From Tubiluchus corallicola (lineage: Eukaryota; Animalia; Priapulida), in assembly GCA_030141605.1 (NCBI GenBank), contig JAQGDQ010000437.1:133818-197817 (forward strand): a stretch of DNA of 64,000 bases, written 5' to 3'. How positions within the stretch are numbered: position 1 is the stretch's first letter; the number at the start of each line of letters is the position of its first letter. The position numbers and the translations under genes are program-made. Under the pieces are notes generated by a model. That model made no database searches. It had not been told where the DNA came from and saw nothing but the letters and a program-made list of their open reading frames with translations. Of the stretch, positions 52,126-64,000 are shown piece after piece.

Positions 52126-52164
52126 AGGATGGCTTTGCTTGAGAAGGCAATGAAGAAATACTAG
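52126..52164 (+). CDS. TAF12: TAF12 last coding exon
   Basis: RMALLEKAMKKY* (human RMALIRKTTKK). Confidence 0.93.
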   Translation, partial: RMALLEKAMKKY

Positions 52165-52508
52165 TTAGCAATTCGATTTTGCATAAGAAGGGAAGGAGTA
52201 CCAATCACCTATGGCTGACAATAGGTCAGCACAGTATTAATTGTGACTTTTCTATCAACGACACAAGATGTCTGTCTGCACTTGTTACGTGTGTTACTTG
52301 GATGCAAGAGCACTATCCATGCTAGACCGTTATACGTTAAACCGAATCAGTATTGGTTGCCTTTCACTTACTAGTTTAAGTTGTAGACTTTGCGTAGAAA
52401 CAAAATATAACGTCGGTGTTATGGTGCCAGTTGGTGTGATTCCGCTGGCCATAAAAACTTTACCGAACCAGTATTATCAGATAGTAGATGTTGTGACTCT
52501 GACTTTAA

Positions 52509-53057
52509 GGAAAACCAGATGATTGTTTAGACCCAATCTCATTTTAATTTACTGTCCAAAATTTATATTTTCTTGCTTAAAAAAGTTTGCAATTGTTTCT
52601 AATATTTGAATAATTACCTTGAAAAGTTAATCAACGGCAACCGAACGCAGCAGTCGCTTACGTCACAAACTAACCACAGTTTGTGCAATGGTAGGCATCT
52701 TCCCCTGCGCATCAAGCAGGTTTGCATAAGCAAAGATTGCTATAAGACGCTGCTGTGATGTCTCGAAAATGAGCTGTAGTTCACACTGATGCCACAGACG
52801 AACACCGCAGTTCATGATCACGCTTATCGCGGTACTGCGCCTATTTTTCGGCCATGCGAATGTGACAAAAAGGCGCCATTGCCAGTCCTACTGGATTTGC
52901 AGAGCCGCGCGTGGCTTCGACAGGTTAACAAAATTTAACTATTCGAGGTGATTATTATTTAATCTAAGCTTTGATTTAAAAAAAGCTGTTGCAGTTTTTA
53001 GTATTTTAGAGCATTCTTTATTTTGAACTAATGTCTACACAATCATCCGGTTTTCCT
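52509..53057 (+). mobile_element. Kolobok-like MITE (TTAA target, purine-starting TIR)
   Basis: ttaa|ggaaaaccagatgattgtttagac ... gtctacacaatcatccggttttcct|ttaa. Confidence 0.75.
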
Positions 53058-53599
53058 TTAAGCTTTGATAGATTCATCGATTTCCTCGTGTCAATCAAAT
53101 TAAATCAAAATTACGCGACGTCTAGAGGTGTTGTATAGCATGAAATTGTTGTTGTTGCTTGTTGTCATGGAGACCGGAAAATCAAGTTGTTGTTAGATGT
53201 TTGTCTTCCATGTAATTATAATCACTGTAAAATTTTATTACAAAGTAAAGTTCTGATCGTTTGTTCATAGTAAGGGAATCCATTGCAAAATCTTTAGAGA
53301 TTTTGGTTTGTGCGTTGTTTAGTTTACGCTTGTTTGTTTCTTTGTTCTGCTTTTCTCACTACATTCCTCTCCCGTGTAATTATAATCACTGTAAAATTTT
53401 ATTACAAAGTAAAGTTCTGATCGTTTGTTCAGAGTAAGGGAATCCATTGCAAAATCTTTAGAGATTTTGATTTGTGCGTTGTTTAGTTTACGCTTGTTGT
53501 TTCTTTGTTCTGCTTTTCTCACTACGTTCTTAACCTGATTCCACAAAGAGATTTGTATGCTTGCAAACCCAAACCATAAGTCTCCATAGTTATAACTGT

Positions 53600-54185
53600 G
53601 TCATGGTGCTTCAAAGCAGTATGCTCCAAAAATTTGATAATTATCGTTTGATAATTGACAAAGCAGCAGTATTTAGGAAGATGGGAAAAATCTGGGCAAA
53701 CAGGAAAATTGACAGGAAAATCAAGCTTTGTTTGTACAACACCATTGTGCTGACAACGGCTGTTTATGCCTGCGAAACCTGGGAAGTCGCAGCAGCGATA
53801 TCAAAGAAACTGGACGTCTTCCACCATAAATGTCTTCGGAAAATCCTAAAAATATCCTATCGCGACCTTGCTACCAATGTGGAAGTGCTATAGCAGGCGC
53901 AGTCAAGGCAGTTGCAGGAAATAGTTGCAGAGAGAAGACTGAGATTGGCTGGACATATTCTCCGCCTACCAGAACAACGCCACTACAAAATAGCGTTACT
54001 CTGGGAACCACCTGGTGGAAAAAGGAAAAGAGGTCGACCAAAAACAACGTGGTGCAGATCTTTCAAAGAAGACCTTCGGGCTATGAACAGACGTTGGGAG
54101 AACATCGAAAGAGAAGCCAGTGGAAAATGCTGTCTTCCCAATGTGCATCTGTGCACGGGAAGGACTAAGGTTAAGGTAAGGTTAT
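53600..54185 (+). mobile_element. RTE-clade LINE 3' fragment
   Basis: YACETW...FHHKCLRKIL...RRLRLAGHILR...GKRKRGRPKTTW; in-frame stop; (TAAGG)-like tail. Confidence 0.9.
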
Positions 54186-55099
54186 CAAATTATCAAGAAA
54201 ATGTGGAAAAAATACTGAAAATTTATTTTTAGTATCCCGTACCCACTCCTGTGTCTAGAAACTAGCACTGCAATTGTAAAAAACTTGTTTTCAAACTCTG
54301 ATAGTAGCTCGTAGAAGCGGTCATTCTGCTTCCGTTTTTTTCTGTTGCCAAGCCCAGAGCTTCGTATGTACAACTACAGCATCTCGAGAACGGAAAATTT
54401 TATTCGCGTTATTCGATGTACGAGTTAGACAATGTTCGTAAGAAAACGAGGTCGAGTTACTCATCAACAATGTATAACAACATCCTTGTTATACTACAGC
54501 TAGCTAGAACCTTACCTAGCTCATTTTTTCTTGTTCCCAAGCGAGCTCCTGCTAATAAATTACTCTGCACACAGACTAATGCATAATCAAGTAAAGTCCA
54601 TGTAAAACAACTAACCTGAACTGATGTTACTAAACTGATGTGGCAGAATGCTTTGCTTTACTCACTTGTCACATGTTCCCGCAGTGACAGTTGCAGTTAA
54701 CATGCGTTGTCTTAACCTTTGACCTATAGCAACTGAGCGTGCACGCAATGAAACCCTGAGAAGGCTTGTTGTTTTATTTTTGTATACTTTACAATACTGT
54801 AGAATTATGTGTACATTCGTTATTTACAGAAACATCTATGATTTTGTGACAATGTATACGTTTTTGCATACATTGTAAACACGGTTGAAATAATTAGTTT
54901 GTTTACCCAGGTTGTATCAAAAAATGTATCATAATAATTACGATGTACGTAAATTTTTAAATTATCCAGTATTTTCCGATGATAATTTTATTATTTTTGT
55001 TTTACTAATTTTGTTATTAATTATTAAGTATATCTGCTAATAATCATTTTTTAACCATGATTGATCAGTGTCTGTAAATTATACGCTTTACATAATTAG

Positions 55100-55475
55100 T
55101 AGGGGTGAGCATTCTCTACCAGAAAGCGAATTCGAATCGAACCGAACTTCCGTGTTTCGTATTCGAACCGAATTCGAATTGAGATTGAAAGATTTTCGAA
55201 CAAGTTTTCGAACCACCAGCAAAAATTAGTCTTACAAAGATCATGCATATCACTAGATTTTGTTCTCCAATAAAACGACTAGTAATTTGCTTAAAATTGT
55301 GTGCAGAAATCACAGCTAAATTATGCTAATTGCATGATGTTTCAATCGTTTTAATGATCAGGAACATATGTGATTGAAGTGCTGAATTATTCGAATCTAT
55401 AGTTTTGGATTCGAATCGCGTTCGAACTAAAAAAACTCGTTCGAATCGAATTCGAGCGTTCGATGCTCACCCCTA
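55100..55475 (-). mobile_element. hAT-type MITE, inverted copy of 6814-7174
   Basis: TIR taggggtgagcat/atgctcaccccta; TSD ataattag/ataattgg. Confidence 0.88.
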
Positions 55476-56257
55476 ATAATTGGTAATATTTCCAATGATA
55501 AAGCAGTGAAAAAATGTGGCAGTTTGGTGATCGGCTGTGTATTGTGTGCGCTTAACGGAGGCACTGACGTGGTTGGATCCAGCTCACATCAGATAAAACT
55601 GGGCTAAGTACAACTGCCCGTTATTTTAAGTCACTAATCCATTTTTATCGAGGATATATTTGAGGTCCATGTTGAGAAAGTACAAAATTGCGCTCTGATA
55701 CTTTCTGTAAAATAGTCTGTAGTGTTTCCGACCTCCTACCCTCAAGGTTCCCACGGGCAGGAAAAATCCTTGACAATACAGGCTATCCCGGAAAGTCAGA
55801 GATAAGTCGGGGGGAAAAGACAGTTTCGTAAAAAGTCGGGAAAATGATGAAAATGGGGTGAAAAGTCAGGAAAATCGAAAATGGTTGCAAAAATAATGAC
55901 CGTGAATGATATTTTTCCAAACATCGTGGTCAAATGAAATTTTGCTATGGGAGGCTCCCAATTTCGACTTCTGTTCCAAAAATAATGATTGGATTAAAGA
56001 AGTTTATTTAATGTGGTGAGTGTAATTTTGTTAGCACTACTGCAACTGTGCCGACACATTATATATCAGTATATGTATGAATGTCCATACACAAAAATGT
56101 TTGAATGTCTATACTGGTAATGCAATTTCTGCTTATCTTGGTCATAGAAAATCAATATTTGGTTAGGGTAAAGTCAGAGAAATTTATTTTGAAATTCTGT
56201 GAGAACCCTGTACCATGAAAACTGTGACCCGTGATAGGTTTCAAAGATAGATGTTTT

Positions 56258-56436
56258 AACAACAACAACAACAACAACCACCGCCGCCGCCGCCATCACC
56301 ACCACCAACAACAACAGCAACAGCAACAACACCATCACCAACACCACCATCGCCACCACCAACAACAACACCAACACCAACTCCACACCACCACCACCAC
56401 CAACAACAACAGCAGCAACAACAACAACAACAACAA
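56258..56436. repeat. (CAA)/(CAC)/(CGC) trinucleotide compound microsatellite
   Basis: Directly visible. Confidence 0.92.
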
Positions 56437-56819
56437 TGAACTAAGTATCCTGCACCTCTGGATCCGAAAATTGTATTTAATATCTATTTCGCAGTCTCTT
56501 CAAGAATATCTGCGCTTGTGCTTGTCGTGTTTTTTACTTCCTTCATTGGTGGTTTTCTTTTCAATTTTTTTATTTCTCAGTAATTATGAGCTTTTGCTAT
56601 ATTACACTCTATTGGTATTATATAATATTTATTTATATTTTATGTATTTATTTTTGTATTGCGTATTCATTATACATGTAGAAAACTTAAAGTATTAATT
56701 AATTTTTTATTGCATTATTTATTAACAAAAGAAAGTTTATCCATGTACCCTACTAAGCTTTCTCTTAATGTACAAAGCAGTTCAATTCCTTTAACTTTAT
56801 TTTCAAACACTTAGGTATT

Positions 56820-57062
56820 TGTTACTGTATCAGTTTCTTTGCTACAGGTCTGCTTATTCATTACATATTTGGCTTCTGTTGAATACATAATTAGTGCATA
56901 ATTTATTGTATCAATTTCTTTTCTTCAGGTCTGCTTATTCATTACCTATTTGGCTTTTGTTAAATACATAATTAGTGCATAATTTACTGTATCAATTTCT
57001 TTTCTACAGGTCTGCTTATTCATTACCTACATGGCTTCTGTTAAATACATAATTAGTGCATT
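56820..57062. repeat. Tandem repeat of about 81 bp, 3 copies
   Basis: caggtctgcttattcattac...aatacataattagtgcat occurs three times. Confidence 0.88.
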
Positions 57063-57768
57063 AATGTTCTATACTGCAGGCTCTGCCTATATAAACTGGT
57101 TGTATGTTTGTAAAAAATTTACCACTGATGATGACAGCAGTAGCTCTGTCGAAGCGTTTGACATGATTTTTAACAATGTAAATTAAGTTTTAATAAAGTT
57201 TGTGCTGTTCCAACTGTAAGCATTAGTTAATGTTAATTAATGCTGTGATTAGCGATTTATAAATGTATTATGTATTTGAAGAGCTGAAATTCTCAGGTTT
57301 TTTAAATGTCTCTATACAAGTGTCAGTTGCTCAAGTAGTTGTAATTGTGTAATTCTGTACATGTCTGAACTTTGTTCAAATGCACTGGCGTAGCTAATAG
57401 GGGGGGGGGCAAAAGGGAGTAACCACTTCTCCAAGCACATTTTTCAAAATTGACGCATTTTCAACAATTTTTAACCCTTTAGTTCACCATGTGCGATTAA
57501 AGGGTTATCAAATCTTTTTGCGTTTAAAATTAAAATTGTTAAATAACGCGCAGGTTTTTATCATGTTTTGAGATTTAAGAGCTTACTATAAACCTTTTAT
57601 TGTGTTTTAATTTTAAATACTTGCTTCTTACATGTACGTAAAATAAATATGTAAAGTATGTATGTAAATACTTGTACTTCCTTTAAAACTGTTATCTCCC
57701 TAATTTTTTTGATTTTGAACACAGAATGAAAATGTTTAATGAATGCGTTAAGAATTGTTTATTATATT

Positions 57769-58122
57769 TCATGTGCATGCTCCCTGTTACTGGAGAACCT
57801 GGCTACGCCCTCATGTGCATGCTCCCCGTTACTGGAGAACCTGGCTACGCCCTCATGTGCATACTCCCTGTTACTGGAGAACCTGGCTACGCCCTCATGT
57901 GCATGCTCCCCGTTACTGCAGAACCTGGCTACGCCCTCATGTGCATACGCCCCGTTACTGGAGAACCTGGCTACGCCCTCATGTGCAAGCTCCCCGTCAC
58001 TGGAGAACCTGGCTACGCCCTCGTGTGCATACTCCCCGTTACTGGCTACGCCCTCATGTGTATACTCCCCGTCACTGGCTACGCCCTCATGTGTATACTC
58101 CCCGTCACTGGCTACGCCCATG
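57769..58122. repeat. 42-bp minisatellite ending in 33-bp deletion variants
   Basis: Unit gccctcatgtgcatgctccccgttactggagaacctggctac. Confidence 0.93.
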
Positions 58123-60389
58123 TTCCACTGCACATATTATTTGCTCATGTAAATAAACTCTCTATGCTTCCTGTCAGCAAAAGAACAACAGAATTGATGT
58201 TTTTTGTTTGTTGTTGTAGAAGAAATAAAATACTTGATTTTAAATGTGAGATAATTTGGAAATAGCAACGTTTAAGGGGACATGAATGCAAGTGAAACAG
58301 AATTTATGGTTTTATCTCCATATACTAATGATACTAACAACATAACTTTACAAGTAGGAAAAACGGAAATTACACAAACAGCCAAATTCCTTGGAATCCA
58401 GGTACCTATACAATACTTTATCGTGGAATGAAGCATTTAACAACATTTTTTTCTAAAATGTCAGCTAGTACATCTTATTTAAGGCTAGTTTGAGGTAAAA
58501 AAACCATCAGAAAAGAAATATTTCAAAAGTATTGAGAGTAACACAGTTTGATAACGGTAATCACCTGCATTCTTTTTCCACAGTAATCTTAATAAAACGT
58601 GACTATGCTCAACAGGTTACTGAACACTTTATAATCATGATCACAGTTTTTCTTAGTTCTCGCTCCATTTCATCTTTCATTCACTACCCCCCCCCACTTT
58701 TATTATTATTATTTCAATTATTAATCTCTTCTTTAAGATTTCCACATACAGTTTGGCCTGTCAAGCTATGCTTTTAGGCTCAAACTGTATGCATCAAAAT
58801 TATTCTGTAATGTAATTTGCACATGTATATGCTGCATAAGAATCTCTTTTGTAATTTCTGGATAATATTACATTTATATTTATATTTACTTCAGTGAAAT
58901 TATCTGTATTTTTATAATAACTGTTAGATGCAGAGTGGAAATAAATAAACTTATAACTCAATCAAAATACTAAGACACTAATTTACAAAACCCTAGTGCT
59001 TTCTCATTATCTATATGTTTGCAAATTATTTCATAATACAAAATGGGAGCCATTTATTAAATTAAATCCTTTAGATCATCAAATTCATCAAGACTTTCAG
59101 CAACTGTGTTAGGAGAACAACTAAAAATTCCAATATTGGAAGCCCACCAGTTTAGATCATCAAGCAAGACCCAAGCAAGATTGCATAATTAAGTGAAGAT
59201 CAGGTAAAACAACTGAAGGTACTGAACTGATGTTTTGCTTTACTCACATGTCACGTGACAATTGTAGTTAAGACGCGTTGTTGTGGTACACTTAGCCTTT
59301 GACGTAGAGCAACTGTGTGTGCACACAACGAAACTGTGAAAAGGACATGGTGGTCCAACAGTAGTAAAAGGGTGGTCCTAAGCTTAGAGCGAGTTCCACT
59401 GGCGTTTTGCCGTTCGAAATACCATTGGCCCACCAGTGGTAAAAGGGTGGGACAAAGGTGAGTTCCATCAGTGGGCCACTGGTGTTTTGTCAGTCAAAAC
59501 GCCATTGGCTCTCCGATTCCAACTATGTTGGGCCACCGGGGGGGGGGGGCACTGGCTGTGTTCTATATGGGTTATTACTTTAATAAATATAACTCTCATT
59601 AGGTGTCGTCCTACACATGCTTGGAATGGCTTCTTCCACATTTTGCTCCAGCTTACTATAATCTCTCTTTGGAGGTCGCTTTCCTTTCCTTTTTCCTTCA
59701 ATGCACCTCGCCATAATCTGAGAAAGAAGAACGCAAGATTAAGAGTTTTCACACATGGATCGTACATTTAAAGGGAAAAAAGGGAATTTTAAAATGTATC
59801 CAAAAACCTTTCCATACAAAGTTATATTACTTAGCATGGCAGTTACCTGTTTGAAAAACTTTCGTAACTAGAAAAGAAAATTTTTAATACACTCATATCT
59901 CGGTTTGCCGGACAAAAGTGGGAAGATGTCGACCCGAATTTGTTGATTGTCCATATTTACTGATCCTAAACTAATACAGTAGGTGCGGTGCATTAGGCCC
60001 ACTGTAAAGTAGACTTAATCACCTAATTCTTTCAAAAACGTTTGGTACGGGCCACTTGTGCAAAAGTACATAAAAACTGTCGGCAATTGCTCCAAATAAC
60101 TCCGCATAATTGATTCTATATTTCTATACATAGAGACTTACACGTGGTTACACTGATGTAATGATGTTAACAAAGTGACGCCCCGCCAACTAGCGGTCAG
60201 CTCAAGAAACAACTGACTGTGTCCGTAGTATGCAGAACTTTTTAGCGCACCAGATTTTGTGTGATTCTTCCGATATCCCATAAGAGCGAGGTCCGGCAAA
60301 TTGAGATATGAGTGCAATTTAAAATGTTTGCGCCAACTGGTAAAATGTCACTGTTTCACTATCCCAGCGTGCACTACTGATTAAAAAAA

Positions 60390-61112
60390 CCCGGGAGTTT
60401 AAGTTTACATGTTTCATACAGTGTTACTGCCAATGCAAGTTCTGTGCGCAATAAGACAGGATGTAGGCTAGACAAAATTCCGAGACAAACTTTTTTAGCT
60501 CTATGTAAGTAAGACGTTTCTTGTGCTCCAAGCTTGTATTCTGTTTGGCACCAGTCTCATTAGCAGGTACAGAATACAAAATAATTCATTTGTCTCAATA
60601 ACATAGTAAACATAGCATTTCCAGATTATGTGACAGCTAAGAGAGACAATTAACAATTGTGCTAAAAATACAAGAACGTAACATAAAAGAAAGTGTCATG
60701 GATGAAGAAGAAAGGGATACGTAGCAAAGGACCAATTGATAATCAAAGTCAGTTACCCTTAATCAATCACAAAGAGGTGTAAAACCAGAATTGGAAATGG
60801 GGACATAGAACACATCTCTGTGATTGATTAAGGGTAACAGCGCAATTGTTAATTGTCTCTCTTAGCTGTTACATAATCTGTTAATGCTATGTTTACTATG
60901 TTATTGAGACAAATAAATTATTTTGTATTCTGTACCTGCTAATGAGACTAGTGGCAAACAGAATACAAGCTTGGAGCACAAGAAACGTCTTACTTACATA
61001 AAGCTGGAAAAGTTTGTCTCAGAATTTTGTATAACCTACATCCTGTCTTATTGTGCACAGAACTTGCATTGGCAGTAACACTGTATGAAACATGTAAACT
61101 TAAACTCCCGGG
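60390..61112. mobile_element. Foldback element with inverted arms of about 275 bp
   Basis: 60390-60663 is the reverse complement of 60839-61112 with scattered mismatches. A second inverted pair lies in the spacer (60752-60780/60812-60838). Confidence 0.85.
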
Positions 61113-61715
61113 ATGACCGATAGGCACAGCCATTTTAACGGTAAATTTTTGAAACAAATTTTTGCTACCTAATTATAATTCTAGTGTTAATTAGGAGATA
61201 AATTAGAAATGTTTATGTGTATGTGATTCAATCTAGCCCATACCCATGACTCCTCAGAAATAATAGTGCTCTATTCACAGAGATTTGCATAGCTATAATC
61301 ACTGAATGACTATATCAAAAGTAACCTCTATTTTTAAAATGGAATTAGGACTACCTACAGGACTACGTTGCTTCATGTAGTGACGAACTTCAAAATGTTC
61401 TAGTTCTTTATTATACTTCCCGCCTTTCTACTTTCCCTTTACTCTTGAATGACAGCTGCCTTCTTCTGGGCAATCTAACACAGTTCAGATAGTATAAAGC
61501 AAAATAAATCCAGGGTCATTTTTGAAGAGTTTTCACAAAGTTAAGCAACGTCTTGATTGGATTACAAAATGATGGATGGCTGCTTGGTAGACTACTTCTG
61601 GTGGCTTTATTCATCGTATCACTTCCCTCCCCCATTATTTCTCTCACCGAGCTTGAGCAGCATCTCTTCTGAGACAGTCCTAGGCCTGCCACTACTGCCT
61701 ACACCAAGGCAGCTG

Positions 61716-62550
61716 AATAAGCCTTTTCACAGTCTCGCAATGCGCATTGCACACGTGCATTTGTTGTAGGTCAAAGGTTAAGTGTTCCACAGCAATGCGT
61801 CTTAACCACAACCGTTACATGATGCGTGTGCAAAGTAAAGCCATCTGCTGCATTGGTTCAGTAACATCAGATGTTTTACATGGACGATACTTTATTATGC
61901 ATTAGTCTGTGTGTAAAGTAATTTATATAATAACTAGACCTTGCTTGGGAAGAAGAAAAGATGAGCTAGGTTCTAGCTAGTTGTTAAAATGGTTGAACAT
62001 TTAACCTCAGATATAAAGGACACCTCCGGACCGGAAAAAATCATCCCGTGTATCCGGTGTCCCTTACAGCTGAATTAGTCAGACCGAGGGTGTACTTTTA
62101 CCAATATTTTTATGGATTATTGCTACACATTCACCTGTACTTTTACCCATATTTTTATGGATTATTGCTACACATTCAGCGCAAATGGTATATGGAAAGC
62201 TCCTTAAGTAATGCGAAAAATTGAGGTTAAAAATCGACCATTTTCCATTTGACCATAGGGTCCCTTATATGCAAGGTAGTTTACCTGGGTTTCTATTATG
62301 CGGGACCTGAAGATGTCGTCCCTTATAACCGAAAATCCGAGTACCTTATATACGAAGATTTTTATAACGAAAAACATTACGAAAAATCGGGACCGGTGTT
62401 GGTGGTCCCTTATAAGCGAAAATCTTATAGCCGAGGTTGACGGTATTAGAATAGCACGGGCTGAGAGGCGTTGTAAAGTGTACGCAAATGTCTGGTACAC
62501 TTAACCTTTGACCTTTCACATCAGTTGCTGGAACTATGAAAAGGCTTATT
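61716..62550 (+). mobile_element. 400-bp MITE family copy with nested Tc1/mariner-type MITE (about 61995-62446)
   Basis: Outer TIR aataagccttttcacag/ctatgaaaaggcttatt; the insert ends ...ttatagccgaggttgacggta. Confidence 0.75.
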
Positions 62551-62838
62551 TGTTGTCATTGTTACAACACCATTTCAGGATGTAATACCTTGTTTCTGTT
62601 TGCATAGAGAATGTAGCAAATAACGCACGCACTCGCAGCGATGACAAAGTACGTTATAAACGTGGCTGAATCGGGTAGCCATTTTGAAACTTCGCTGCTG
62701 AAATCCACATCTGAAAAAAGAATCAATCACTGAGTTTAGGTGAGGAAAGAAGACACGGAAAAAGGCATTTGTTTATTTTCAACCCGTGTTTCTGTGTTCA
62801 GTATTAATGTGCTTCAGTTAATTTGAGAAAAAAAGATA

Positions 62839-63280
62839 CAGTAAGTCCTCCTTAATGATGCTAATTCATTGCACCAAAACGTGTCGTTATGTCAAGCATC
62901 ACTAATTGGAGCATCATTGCACAAGGATTTACTGTATTTAGTGATGCTAATGCATTCTAGCAAAACATGTCGTTAAGTGAAGTGTCACTAAGCGGAGCAT
63001 TGTTGCACAAGGCCTTACTGTATTTAATGATGCTAATGCATTCTAGCAAAACACGTCGTTAAGTGAAGCATCACTAAGTGGAGCATCGTTGCACAAGGCC
63101 TTACTGTATTTATGATGCTAATGCATTCTAGCAAAACACGTCGTTAAGTGAAGCGTCACTAAGCGGAGCATCGTTGCACAAGGCTTTAATGTATTTAATG
63201 ATGCTAATGCATTCTAGCAAAACACGTCGTTAAGTGAAGTGTCACTAAGCGGAGCATCATTGCATGCAGACTTAATGTAC
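62839..63280. repeat. Tandem array of about 90-95 bp derived from a Tigger-like TIR
   Basis: Begins TA|cagtaagtcctccttaatgatgc; units match the reverse complement of 17820-17891. Confidence 0.8.
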
Positions 63281-64000
63281 CATTTTTATTTTTATGAGGA
63301 AAGCGGCAAAAAGTAATACAGGCAGAGTCGAACCCGGAATCTTTGCTTAAAACAAGTCTATCTGGTTAAATGCGCTAACAAAGAAAAATTTTCAACACTA
63401 GTTACAAACAAGAATGTAGAAAGAGATATTGCATCCATTTACAGAAAAGAGTAGTTAGCAGTGTTACAACATACAGGCATTTGCATGTCTAAATTAGAGA
63501 GCAATGGTAATTTTGCTCGTCGACATCTGTATCTTCCACAGCAGCATTCTGTGTATCTAAACAAAATTAAGCATCACTTTTGTCTCTAAGCAGTAGAAAC
63601 AGGTCATATAAGCTTTGGATAACAAACTTCGAGACTATTTCTTATTTTCCCAGATATGACAATTATGAAAAAAATAAATTTATCTTAGGAAATGATGATA
63701 CGGGAGCTTTAGACTTAATGTGTAAATTTGTCAGAGACTGTCTTAAAATGAGGGCGAATATAGCAAAATAGTTTTAAAAATAGTATTTATACTTTCTACA
63801 CGTGTGATTATTGTTATGTTGCAATTGTTACATTTAATTCTTATGCATGTCAATTTGGTATTATATATCAAAATTAATTATGATGTAGCAATCTATGTAA
63901 TTTGTTTTGATCTACATTACTGCCATTAACATCTTGTAAAAGGTATTGTATAATAATTGCAATGTATTTGCGAATATTAATTGCTAAGCCAATAAATTAA

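Noticed and set aside
53600-54185. RTE fragment as the partner LINE of the 5S-SINE
   Set aside because: Its 3' end (TAAGG-like tail, no SRIGLxSH motif) differs from the SINE tail.
63318-63380. tRNA-like sequence on the - strand (GGTTCGACTC)
   Set aside because: Only a B-box-like motif; too degenerate to call.

Overview
AT-rich, intron-containing animal (invertebrate-like) genomic DNA, not prokaryotic. Genes were reconstructed by hand from GT-AG exon chains with consistent phases: (1) a signal-peptide, single-Ig-domain gene on the - strand (about 284-3703); (2) a two-exon Rab39 (+, 7696-9882); (3) CCDC174 (-, 40267 down to 18522), with two tandem, paralogous alternative last exons, one of 32 aa and one of about 741 aa; (4) TAF12 (+, 44601-52164), head-to-head with CCDC174. 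An isolated TMEM230 exon (17127-17249) sits, together with a SINE, inside a TA-flanked terminal-inverted-repeat (TIR) element. The rest is a dense mix of repeats: three 5S-rRNA-derived SINEs with an RTE-LINE-derived tail, a tRNA-SINE, LINE fragments (L2/CR1/RTE), a Tc1 fragment, hAT-, piggyBac-, Kolobok- and Tc1/mariner-type MITEs, a foldback element, and many micro- and minisatellites. Most ORF-track entries are repeat artefacts. No CRISPR array or true rRNA/tRNA gene is supported. Family assignments come from recalled motifs; no database search was run.
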